Assembly: GCF_001194135.2 (NCBI RefSeq)
Contig: NC_068982.1
Coordinates: forward strand, 156,248,128-156,295,968
Source of the DNA: Octopus bimaculoides
Taxonomy: Eukaryota
DNA: 47,841 bases
Reading direction: 5' to 3'
The translations under genes and the position numbers were made by a program. Shown in pieces: positions 1-11,100 of the stretch (position 1 is its first letter; the number at the start of each line of letters is the position of its first letter). The notes under the pieces were generated by a model. The model ran no database searches, was not told where the DNA came from, and saw only the letters and a program-made list of their open reading frames with translations.

Positions 1-162
1 ATTATGTCAGAAAAATGTTATAAAAATGTTATAAAAATGTTATAAAATCTTTTTGGTATATAAACATTGTATTTTGAGAAATTTCTCAAAATACAATGTT
101 TATATACCAAAAAGATTTTCTAACATTTTTCTAACATTTTTCTAACATTTTTCTGACATAAT
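1..162. repeat. Spacer-less near-perfect palindrome (81-bp arms, centre 81/82), possibly extending beyond the window start
   Basis: Base 1 pairs with base 162 throughout (ATTATGTCAG...CTGACATAAT). Each arm holds three 11-bp tandem units. The only mismatches are one position per unit (AAAAATGTTAT left, AAAAATGTTAG on the reverse complement of the right arm). Confidence 0.95.
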
Positions 163-263
163 TTAAATATATACTTTAACCATGTAACACAAGCCTTCTG
201 TAGTTTTTTCACTCTTATTATCTTTTATACATCCAACCACGTGCTTTCACATACCAACTTTCT

Positions 264-305
<42 letters not shown>

Positions 306-1025
306 TATGTGTGTGTTTGTATGTATGCATGTGTATTTATGTATGTATATATGTATGTGGATATTTGTGAGTAGTACTTAGAACGAGGAATGTATCATTG
401 GGAAATACATACGTTTATATGTACATACATATAAACCAAATCTATTTTCGTGTGAGTACGTGTAGAAAGTTATAAATGTGTGTATGTATGTATGTGTATG
501 TGTGTATATGTATGTTTATATATATATGTATAGGTATATATGTGTGAGTATGTGTATTTGTGTGTGTGTTTGTATATGCATGGGTATACAGGTACACATG
601 AGTATGTATATAGGTGATTTTTAAATGTATTTTTTGTATGTACATATATAAGTCAATTCATTGTTAAACTGGTATGTGTGTGTGTATGTGTGAATGTGTG
701 AACGTACGTACATGTGTGTATGTGTAATATACGTATCATTTATAGTAAAGCATTAAAATAATAATTCTTTGTCACACTTCTTTCTTTCCGTGTTTTCTTT
801 TCATTATTTAATAGAGTGTCCAACTATTGTCCCTACTGGACCCATAAATAATTGTGATAAAGATTTGTGAAATTTTAGAGTTTCTGATCTCTGTCTTTAG
901 AATGTTACTGATATACCCTTCAATTGAAGTGTGCTATTAGTAAATTCATTCGCCTCGCTAAAGACTTAGCAAACTGGTCAACTCAAATTCTCTATACATC
1001 TATATTATTATTTGCTTAAAATCAC

Positions 1026-1600
1026 GGATCTTTTTTAAAACGGGGGCCACATTTTTCATTAATGTTTTACTTACCGAAAGACTTTCAAACTTCGTATACT
1101 TATCTATTTTGTGTTATAGAACAGAAAAATATTTTTGTATTCGAATTTATTTCATGTAAAAAATTGTCTTATTTCGATAATTTCAACCAATCACTGACAA
1201 GTATTCAGTTGTTTACATTTACTCCTTTGGCTGATTAAGCCATAGCTTCGTTTTATTTGCTTTTTTCATTTTCTTTTTTTTTCTTCGTTTTATTTGCTTT
1301 TTTCTTTTTAAATCTGCTGTTTTACTCTAACCCTAACCCTAACCCTAACTCTAACCCTAACCCTATCACTGATAGAATTGTTTCAGAATCGTCGGCACTT
1401 AATGTATATCGGCTGAATGGACGTCAGTGATTGGTTGAAATTACAGAAATACGACAACTTTAACATGGAATAACTTAGGGATTTCTTTTTTTTTTTTAAG
1501 ACTAAGAGAAAAAGATGTTTTATATGACACATTCTACCAGTGTTCCAAGTTTCAAAGTGTTTCGTTAATGAAAAATGTGGCCCCCGTTTTAAAAAGATCC
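1026..1600. mobile_element. Non-autonomous foldback DNA transposon (MITE), Merlin-like or other 8-bp-TSD superfamily
   Basis: About 36-bp TIRs GGATCTTTTT(T)AAAACGGGGGCCACATTTTTCATTAA at 1026-1062 and 1565-1600. Perfect 8-bp flanking duplication AAAATCAC at 1018-1025 and 1601-1608. Inner inverted match TAATTTCAACCAATCACTGAC at 1178-1198 and 1423-1443. 5'-GG termini with an 8-bp TSD fit Merlin; the superfamily call is inference. Confidence 0.9.
1327..1365 (-). repeat. Interstitial telomeric-type repeat (TTAGGG)n, about 6 units, inside the MITE
   Basis: Plus strand reads CTAACCCTAACCCTAACCCTAACTCTAACCCTAACCCTA. Confidence 0.9.
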
Positions 1601-1959
1601 AAAATCACTTGACGAGGGCACATTATTTCCATGATGCAATCGAAGTAATCGAAGCATTTCTCAATGAAAGATGCAGCTGAAAGAGCTGTTGTGAATTTTT
1701 AAACTGCACTTGTGTTCTTACACACACATACATACACACATACACACACACTCACATTTTCTCTCTCTCACACATACACACACATATACATAATTTGGTA
1801 TAAAGGTTAAATGCTACCCTGGTACATTTTATTTCTCCTTAGGAATTCTTTAATATGTATACTTGAGAAAATCCTACAGGCGTACACGTATAGCATTTAA
1901 CCTTTAACTATTAAATTATATGTATAGGTGTACATATTTACACACATGTATACCTAAAT

Positions 1960-2104
<145 letters not shown>

Positions 2105-2205
2105 TAATATTAACTGTCGGATAAGAAAGATTCCTTATTCGCATGGTCAAAATTAATGATATTTCTCCTTTTGGTCCGTTTGTTGTACTTCTATATAATT
2201 TTGGA

Positions 2206-2241
<36 letters not shown>

Positions 2242-2455
2242 GTATGTATGAATTTTAGGAGTGTGTGTTTGCTTTTATTGTGTTGTTGTGCATGTTCATC
2301 AGTCTTATTTTGTCTTAGCATGCATTTCACAAAGGACATGATTTTGTTTTGTTGCTGAATAAGAAAGAGCTTTTATTTTTCGACAACATATGTATATGTA
2401 TAGTAAACTACATGTATATTTAAGAAATACACAAAACAAATCCTTTCCTTCAGAG

Positions 2456-2645
2456 CAGTGATTCTAAACCATTTTTTGCCTAGCGATTCATTGCGTATAA
2501 CAAAAATCCTACTGTATTTTTATGATTAAATGTTAGAAATTGTATAAAAAAATTAAAACATTTTCTGTATTGCAGAAGTATAAGCAATTTATTTACATAC
2601 ATTTTAACAACAAGATCTTTTATGGACCTCAGTTGAGAATCACTG
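2456..2645. mobile_element. hAT (Charlie-like) MITE
   Basis: Termini CAGTGATTCTAAAC and GTTGAGAATCACTG are inverted copies of the Charlie-type CAGTG(G/A)TTCTCAAC end. The 8-bp flanks CTTCAGAG and CTTTAGAC match at 6 of 8 positions and resemble the Charlie NTCTAGAN target. Confidence 0.8.
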
Positions 2646-3127
2646 CTTTAGACGAAAATCCTCTCACTATTTTACAAGAGAAAAGCGTTGATTTATTCAT
2701 GATTGATATCTACTCTACTATTATGTTGATTCCACATACATTTAACCAACGATTTGAATAGACTATAATCCTTTTGTTTAGAGAACAGCTTATCAATAAT
2801 GAATTATATGTTTAGTAACGAAGTTTCTTATTGATTACAAGCTTTATCACTGCTCACAATTGTTTACAACAATGCAATTGAGAATAGTAGCTTAGCTTTT
2901 AATGATATAAATTATTACAAATACTTCGGTATAAAGAAAATTATATAATATACGCACATTTGGACGTGCACAATGAGCACGATGTAAGAGCACACCTTTG
3001 ATACAGGCTTAAAGACGTGTCACTATAATGTATGAAACCGCAATTACAACATAAATTTTCACATTGAATCTTTGAATGAGATGGCATCGAAACCAAAATT
3101 GGTACAGATGACCAGTTATATGGATTA

Positions 3128-3340
3128 TGTGTGTGTGTGTGTGTTTGAACCCCCCCCCCCCACCCCACCAACGCTGGTTGATGTATTTAATGTCCCTGTA
3201 AGATAGCGGTTCGAAAATGTAGACCGATAGAATAAGTACTGGGCTTAAAAGTATTGAGGTCGATTTCTTCAACTAAAATTCCTCAAGACGGTGCTCCCGC
3301 ATGGTCGCAATCTTATGACTGAAACAAGTAAAAGACAAGA
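3128..3340 (+). mobile_element. SINE family A, 3' half
   Basis: Contains GATAGAATAAGTACT...GGTGCTCCCGCATGGTCGC...TGACTGAAACAAGTAAAAGA, the same body and tail as the copies at 5051, 25513 and 34001. Confidence 0.8.
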
Positions 3341-3544
3341 GAGAAAAAATTATATTATTCTCTTATTTTTTTTTTCACATAAGGCACAGGTAGTCTAAGT
3401 TTCATTGTTTCCATATTTCCGTTTTTATATATCTTTTATACAGTTTTTGCATTTAATCATTTAGCACTATTTCCGATATGTATGTAGTAGCAGTCATGTC
3501 ATCAATGCTACATTTGCGAGTTTGAAATATTGCTATAAGTAAAT

Positions 3545-3742
3545 AAGGTGGCTAGCTGGACAGACAAAACACATAGCGGCATTTAGTCAGTTTTCATGTT
3601 TTGAGTTAAAATTCTGCCGAGATCAATTTGGCCTTTCATCCATTCGGATTCGATAAAATAAGTATCAGTTGAGCATCAAGGTTGATGTAATCAACTTACC
3701 CGCTTCCCTCAAAATTACTGACTTTTTGCCAAAATTTGAAAA
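3545..3742 (+). mobile_element. SINE family B, degenerate
   Basis: GAGTTAAAATTCTGCCGAGATCAATTTGGCCTTTCATCCATTCGGATTCGATAAAATAAGTA aligns with the well-preserved copy at 43774-44002. Confidence 0.75.
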
Positions 3743-4772
3743 TAATATTACCATAAGTAATACTTCTGTCTAATTACTCTGAAGTAATTTTATCTTTCCA
3801 TTAAATTTTATATTACATATCCAAGAAATTTCTGGAATTGAATAATCCAACCGTTCTTAGCAAACAGATTCATAAGAAATTTATATTTGTCATTTATGAA
3901 TCATACTTTTTAACCAATGTTTCGAATATATAATAAACACAACATATAAATATATGAAATATTTTCATAGACATTTTTGTCTCCTCTAGATATATATACA
4001 GAACTGGCGTCTATAACCACGCAAGCATACTTACTTAGAAAGTTAAATATTTCTTTTTCATATAAACTCCTTATGTCACTAAATATTTTAGAAGCAAAAA
4101 CATTGTAGAAGTCGGTTCACTAACAAGATACTCAGAACATGTTAAGCTATTGTTCTCAATGTTGATTTTGTAGCAAATACTATTTAATAAACATTCTCAA
4201 ACCTTTTGATATTTTTGTTGTCTGTTATTCTTCCTTATAACTAACCCTTCTATTGACCTATCTGCTTAATCTGCTTTTTCAGCTTGAAAATGGATATGTA
4301 CATATATGTATAGTTTTGGTGAGTATATGGGTGAGCATGTGTGTGTTTCAAGCGAGGGTGGTTTAGTATATACATATACGGATTGGTGCGCTTACGCGAA
4401 CACTATAGACTATTTTACTCCCTTACTTTTACCTCCTCCCCTTAGGGTCTATAGCTCTTTTGTCTTAATAACGGTCAACCACACAGTAATTTCCCTTTGT
4501 TTAACGGTCATTTTTCACAGGAATTTTCAATGGCCGGAAAACTGAAGAGATGTTGGCGTGGGTTCCTACCCCGGCATCTGAAACTCGAAGTTTTATCATG
4601 GCTACCGAATAAGTGTCACATATTTTTTACAGATATATATGTATATATATATATACTTAATAGAAATCAGGATAAAACCATGTTATTGATTCTTTCGAGT
4701 GGCCGGCATGAGATAAAACCTAATAGGTAAATTATATATTAAAATTAGTAATTATAATTATATAATTATATT

Positions 4773-5000
4773 AAAGGGGTCGGGAAATAACCTTCTCCAA
4801 CATGCTGAAAGAAGACTCCAGAGGCGCCAAAAAGCCATTGTGATAACTCCTACAAAAACACGGTTTGTGACAGAGCAAATGAAAAGTACAAAATAAAACT
4901 TCACAGTAAATTGTGTATTGGGTCTAATTTCGGGATTAAAGCAGTAAAAATAGCTTATTTCCCATCCTTAGCACAATATTCGAAGAAACATAATCACAGA
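4773..5000 (-). mobile_element. Penelope-type terminal repeat (pLTR) remnant carrying a degenerate hammerhead motif
   Basis: Flanked by TA-rich microsatellite. Minus strand contains a hammerhead-like core (4916-4978). Same layout as the 18408-18565 repeat. The Penelope assignment is inference from the known Penelope-hammerhead association. Confidence 0.45.
4916..4978 (-). ncRNA. Degenerate minimal type I hammerhead ribozyme motif (probably inactive)
   Basis: Minus strand: TATTGTG CTAAGGA T GGGA [24-nt loop] TCCC GAAA TTAG AC CCAATA. Stem II GGGA/TCCC and the outer stem I TATTG/CAATA are intact. The core CUGANGA is mutated to CUAAGGA and the cleavage triplet to GAC. Confidence 0.5.
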
Positions 5001-5050
5001 TATTTATACATTTATGTAATTATATATATAATTATTAATTTATAGGTATA

Positions 5051-5177
5051 GGCGCAGGAGTGGCTGTGTGGTAGGAATAAGTACTAGGCTTACAAAGAAT
5101 AAATCCTGGAGTCGATTTGTTCGACTAAAGGTGGTGCTCCAGCGTAGCCACAGTCAAATGACTGAAATAAGTAAAAG

Positions 5178-5180
<3 letters not shown>
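5051..5180 (+). mobile_element. SINE family A with large internal deletion
   Basis: Head GGCGCAGGAGTGGCTGTGTGGTA is joined directly to the 3' body GAATAAGTACTAGGCTT and the tail GGTGGTGCTCCAGC...ACTGAAATAAGTAAAAGAATA. Confidence 0.85.
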
Positions 5181-5204
<24 letters not shown>

Positions 5205-5208
<4 letters not shown>

Positions 5209-5344
5209 TCCGCCGAAGTCGACTTTGCATTTCATTCTTTCGGAGTCGCTAAATTAAGTGCCAGTTGCGTACTGAGATCGATCTAATCGACTGACCTCCT
5301 CCCCCAAAATTTCGGGCCTTGTGCCTAGAGTAGAAAAGAATATT
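5205..5344 (+). mobile_element. SINE family B, 5'-truncated
   Basis: AAATTCCGCCGAAGTCGACTTTGCATTTCATTCTTTCGGAGTCG matches the family B body; ends in GTGCCTAGAGTAGAAAAGAATATT. Confidence 0.85.
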
Positions 5345-7821
5345 GTATCATATCTTATTATCGAGGTATACCATAAAATCTATGGTTTATGGCATAAACC
5401 ATTATAACAAGACAGAAAACGTCTCTGATAGTTCTATACTCAACTATACTTCGCAATTTTAGGGGATATGTCTAACCCTTTTAATCGAATCTTCAATAAT
5501 ACCGTTACTGCCGTTTGCTCAGCTCATCCGTGGTAAAACGAGGAAACGTAGAATGAAAGGCGTCTTAATGAGATTATGTTTTAAGACGATGGAGTGATAT
5601 GAGAAATATCTGACCGTTATTTCTAGCATACATAGAGGTTGCCTCGTTACCAAAGTTTTATTTTTCTCCGAAGAAACCAAAGTTAAATTGACTCCAGTGT
5701 GATTTGATCGCAAAACTTAACTAAATATTATGTTATTTGTTTGCAAAGAGCTACCGACTAAGCCACACATTACACCCACAAGGTTTAAAGTGTGTTAGAC
5801 TATTAACTCGATCTTTCTTACATTCATTCTTTTTCAATTTTTTCTTCTTTTTGCTTTGTTTGGGATAAGGAATTGCTTGATCCGGTCAAAGAAATATATT
5901 TGATTTCAAAGATTATTTCCATGTTAAGCCTGGAGCAATCAATTATTAAAACGTATGAAATGGAATCTAAGAATTATTTCATCATTAATACGATATAGTC
6001 TTTCACCTCTTTATATTTTCTTATTTCAATTCTCTCTCAACGGTTTTCAAATGACTCATTGTCTGCCATAAGCAAAAGAACATTGCTGGTTTCACAGTCA
6101 GTCTGAAATATTCTTTACAGATTACGAAAATCTACGAAGAAACGGACATTTTAAAGACAAGGAAAAACCTCCAGGATTTCGATAAAGCAAACGAATAAAG
6201 AAAAGCTTTAAATTCGTTATTCACTACGTTACTGAGGGCATAGAATTTTCTGTAGCGTTTTCGACGGTAAATTTTCTCTTCGATTCGCTGGAAGGCATTT
6301 AGGTAAATACCACATCGGTTAAAATTTGCTCCTTTTTCTGTTGTTTCAATTTGAAAAATGCCGCTTTATGAGATATGTATATCTTTAAGTGAGTTATGAA
6401 GAATTTTACAGAGAAAGAACAAGAGACATCAAGGCTTTGTACAGTTCAAAATTGTCTTTGTTCAAAATACGGCAACACATCAAATAAGTTTATTATGCAT
6501 CAAGGAATGTAACTGAAATATCGATTATAGATTTTTTTAAAACTTAACAATTTCAAATAGCTTTATTGTACTTATTACGTTGAACAAGAATATAAATTTG
6601 AACTCATACTGTTCATTTCGAAATTTTTCTTCGTTATATCAAATATATTTGTTTCTTCAATATTTTAGCATAACTGGATTGTATATTGTGTATTTTATTC
6701 TGGTACTTTCTATTTAAAACTTTCCTTTAACTTATCCATTCAGAAGACTATATATATACATACATACATACATACATACACATATATATATATATATATT
6801 TATATATATAAGTGTGCACAAGCATGCGTGCGTTCATGTGTGGAGGGCACGTGTTTGAGTGTCTGGGCGCTTGTTTGAGTTTGTGTGTGCGTATGTGTGT
6901 GCATGTATATTATGTGTATATATGCATATGCAAATATAAAATATACATATTGATATATATATATATATATANNNNNNNNNNNNNNNNNNNNNNNNNNNNN
7001 NNNNNNNNNNNNNNNNNNNNNNNNNNNNNNNNNNNNNNNNNNNNNNNNNNNNNNNNNNNNNNNNNNNNNNNNNNNNNNNNNNNNNNNNNNNNNNNNNNNN
7101 NNNNNNNNNNNNNNNNNNNNNNNNNNNNNNNNNNNNNNNNNNNNNNNNNNNNNNNNNNNNNNNNNNNNNNNNNNNNNNNNNNNNNNNNNNNNNNNNNNNN
7201 NNNNNNNNNNNNNNNNNNNNNNNNNNNNNNNNNNNNNNNNNNNNNNNNNNNNNNNNNNNNNNNNNNNNNNNNNNNNNNNNNNNNNNNNNNNNNNNNNNNN
7301 NNNNNNNNNNNNNNNNNNNNNNNNNNNNNNNNNNNNNNNNNNNNNNNNCACGTGTTTTCTTCAAACTGTCATATTTAAAATAAAATAAAAAAAACAAACT
7401 GAAAGCAAGCTTGGTTTACCAGTTAATGGTCGGAAACGAATAACTTACAGTACTGGAAATGGGAGCCTTTCAATTATAGGGTATTAAACAATACTCTACA
7501 CTTGTACTGAGCCCTGTAACCTACAGCTTCTGAAAAATCAACACTTATATACATATTCATATATACATACAAACATACATACATACATACAATACGTATA
7601 CATACATAATATATACACACATGCACGCGCACACATACATAATACATGGACTATTTATTTGATCTTCACTTTAATTTTATTATTATTATTATCTTTAGTT
7701 TATTAGTGTGTCAAAGATTTTTCGCCAAACATCCCGTGTTCTCTTCAATCACTTTCTGTTCTATTCCATTTTTGTCTTTCAAGATTCTTACAAAAAATAC
7801 ATGAAGACACACACACATATA

Positions 7822-7872
<51 letters not shown>

Positions 7873-7920
7873 CTGGTTTTAAAATCTCTGAAAGAAATTG
7901 CTGTAGTAACAGTACTAAAC

Positions 7921-8163
7921 AGTAATGTTTGTTGCCACTTTTACATGGCTGTTCCATGCAGAACGATGTTACAACATTTTAACCCAAGGAAAACATGTTT
8001 TCCAGCTGCTGGAAAGGGAGTGGTCTATTCCCTTACTCGCAATATAACAGACACATGTTGTGTGCCGTCGTTAACCAGCTGGAAAAAATGTTTTCCTAGG
8101 GTTAAAATGTAGTAACATTGTTCTGCATGGGACAGCTATGTAAATGTGGCAACAAACATTACT
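7921..8163. mobile_element. MITE / foldback element with long (about 88 bp) inverted arms
   Basis: AGTAATGTTTGTTGCCACTTTTACATGGCTGTTCCATGCAGAACGATGTTACAACATTTTAACCC is matched in reverse by 8100-8163 with a handful of substitutions. No clean TSD seen. Confidence 0.85.
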
Positions 8164-8726
8164 ATTTATAGATATGAATGTAGACAGATGTTTACTGAAT
8201 ACATCAACCTAACCAAATGTATTTCTTTCTCAGGAGTTAACGTAAACAAGGAATATTTTATGAAATTCGAGAGCATTTAAGATATAATAAATTACACTTA
8301 AATTTGTACCTAAAATTCTCAATCAACTTCAATTTGGCTACTTCGGGTCTAGGAAATATAATCCATTCATCTCCCCTCGTAAGCTCAATCATGGTTATAG
8401 ACAAATAGATCAATGCATTGTTTATTCCATGCATTGTTATAGAAGCTGTGATCACGCAACCATGTTTGTGTGATCAAGAAGTTGACTTTGCAAAATATGT
8501 GATTCAGAATTCGATCCCTATACGAGGCACTTGCAAAGCAAGGTAACAAAAATATCAGTCAAATACTGTGTTGATTTCATTCACTGATTCAGTACCAAAA
8601 TCTATGTGATAAACAATATTTATTATTTAAATTCTTTCAATGAGTTGTCTTAAAACAAAAAAGAGGAACTTGGCAGACGATATATCATTTATTATATAGA
8701 ATACTAGCATATATACCCTCAACTGA

Positions 8727-8727
<1 letters not shown>

Positions 8728-8769
<42 letters not shown>

Positions 8770-8890
8770 ATATATATATATATATGTCTGAGTACATATG
8801 CGTATAAATATAAGCAGCCAGACTTCATAATACATGCATGCATGCATGCATACATACATACATAGATGCATACATACATACATACATACA

Positions 8891-8924
<34 letters not shown>

Positions 8925-8940
8925 CATACATATATGCATA
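8728..8940. repeat. Compound (TCTA)n, (TA)n and (TACA)n microsatellites
   Basis: Direct reading of the tetranucleotide runs. Confidence 0.9.
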
Positions 8941-9339
8941 CACACGTATATATGTCGAAATTATATTGAAAAATATTCAAAATTGAGACGATTTATAGAA
9001 AATATATAATTTATCCACAGATGTGTTTCGCTAAATCAATCAAGTCATTTCTGATTTGGAATACGAAAAGTTGCTGTCCTTCCGTTTATGAAGACGACGG
9101 CCTATGTCACATCCAAAAACAAAGAATGAAACAAAGAACTGTTATGGTAAATCTGACCAAATAATCCAAGGAAACGAAGACAATCTAAAGAAGGACAGGA
9201 AGGAGGAGCCGGAGAAAGGCAAATGGAAGAGGTATTAGTTAGATTGATGTTAGATCGTATATTGAGAATATGACAATTGGGAATCGGCGGTATATTGTGT
9301 TCATTATGAAAGAGCAGAATGAAATAAAAGTCGGAAAGT

Positions 9340-9368
9340 CAAAGTGATTGAGAGAGTAGGTGAGAGAG

Positions 9369-9437
<69 letters not shown>

Positions 9438-9455
9438 NNNNNNNNNNNNNNNNNN

Positions 9456-9494
<39 letters not shown>

Positions 9495-9614
9495 AGAGCT
9501 AGAGAGAAGAGGAATGGTAGGGTGAGAAAGAGACCGAGAAAGAGAGAAAGTGAAAGACAGAAACATAATATATATAAATACATATATATATACATGAATC
9601 TATCTCTATAGACA

Positions 9615-9647
<33 letters not shown>

Positions 9648-9756
9648 CATATACATACACACATACATACGTACGTATGTGTGGGCGGGCGTGTGTGTGT
9701 ATGCGTGTCTGTATATGCATGGATGAGATAGAGAACTTAGAAAAACAGAAAGAGAA

Positions 9757-9821
<65 letters not shown>

Positions 9822-10334
9822 AGTGGAGGAGGGATAAAGACAGAGAGAGACTGAATAAATGGTGTACAATTCGATAAAAGGAAGAAGTATAAAAGCAATA
9901 AAAAAAATTAAGGACGATACAGTAAGACAAAGAATAAATGGAACAGATTTAGCCATAGAAATATATTTGGCAGACGTTTTAAACTGGCCATCTTGTTGAG
10001 AGAGAAAATAAACTATTGATAACAGACGACAGCAGAGAAGCTGATTGGTGTAATGGTGTTAATGTGTGTGTGTGAATATAAGCAAAATAGGGGAAACAGA
10101 AAGAGTGGCATAGAAAGGAAGTGAGAGAGAAGAGGAGAGGGAGAGAGAGAGAGAGAGAAATTGTGAGATAAGGGAAGGAAGAACAGAGTAATCGGTGAAA
10201 GCCGTGATGCTGAAAGAGAAAGTTTAAGTTAACCATAGAAATAGTGAGACAGATGGAGGCAGTAGTAAAGGGAGAAACCGAAGTATGTGATAGAAGGAGA
10301 TTGAAAGAAAGAGAAAAAGATAGAGTGTGTTTGT

Positions 10335-10393
<59 letters not shown>

Positions 10394-11100
10394 CGAAAGA
10401 GAGAGGAAGACAGAGAGACTGATAAAACAAGAGAGTGTGTGAGGCATGGGAAAGAGAGTTAGAAAGAGAAAGTAAAGGAGAAAGAAAATATGATAGCTAT
10501 AGGGAAAATGAAAGAGAAATGGTAACAGTGAGAAAGGGGAGCAAAAGGAATGAGCGAGAAAGTTATATTAAGATAAACGAACTGTTAGAGAAAGAAAAAT
10601 GGAAGCCAAAATAAAGGGAAAAGTAGCAAGAGAGAAAGAGGTGAAGAAAACAGAGAGGGAGAAAGTGAGAGAGTCAGATAAAAAAAGCGAAAGGGAATGT
10701 TTAGGAAAGGGTAATAATCAAAAATAAAATAATCAAAAGAGTAAATTAACAATAGAGACAAAAAAAGAATGAGAAGAAGAATGTGAAAGAAGTAGAAGAG
10801 AGAAGGAAAAAGATTTAATAAGAAGAAAACGGAGAGAAAAAAGTGGGTAGGGAAAAATCAGAAACTGAAGAAACCTATTCATATTAGTTAGATACAGCAG
10901 GAGTTATTAACTTATAGGAAAAGAGAAAGAGAGAGGGAGAGAGAAAGCGAGAGGGAGAGAAAGAAAAAGAGCAGTGCAGATAATTGAAGAACGGAATGGC
11001 TAAGCTGGAGATAGAAGAGAGAAAAAAAGAGAGACATAGGAAAATATACTGAGAGACAAAGAGAGAATAGAGTGGGGTTGACATACAGAAAGAACAAAAA
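9340..11100. repeat. Purine-rich low-complexity block with several (GA)n arrays
   Basis: (GA)n at about 9372-9490, 9761-9818 and 10339-10392, embedded in G/A-rich sequence; source of the ERER/SLSL pseudo-ORFs. Confidence 0.9.
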
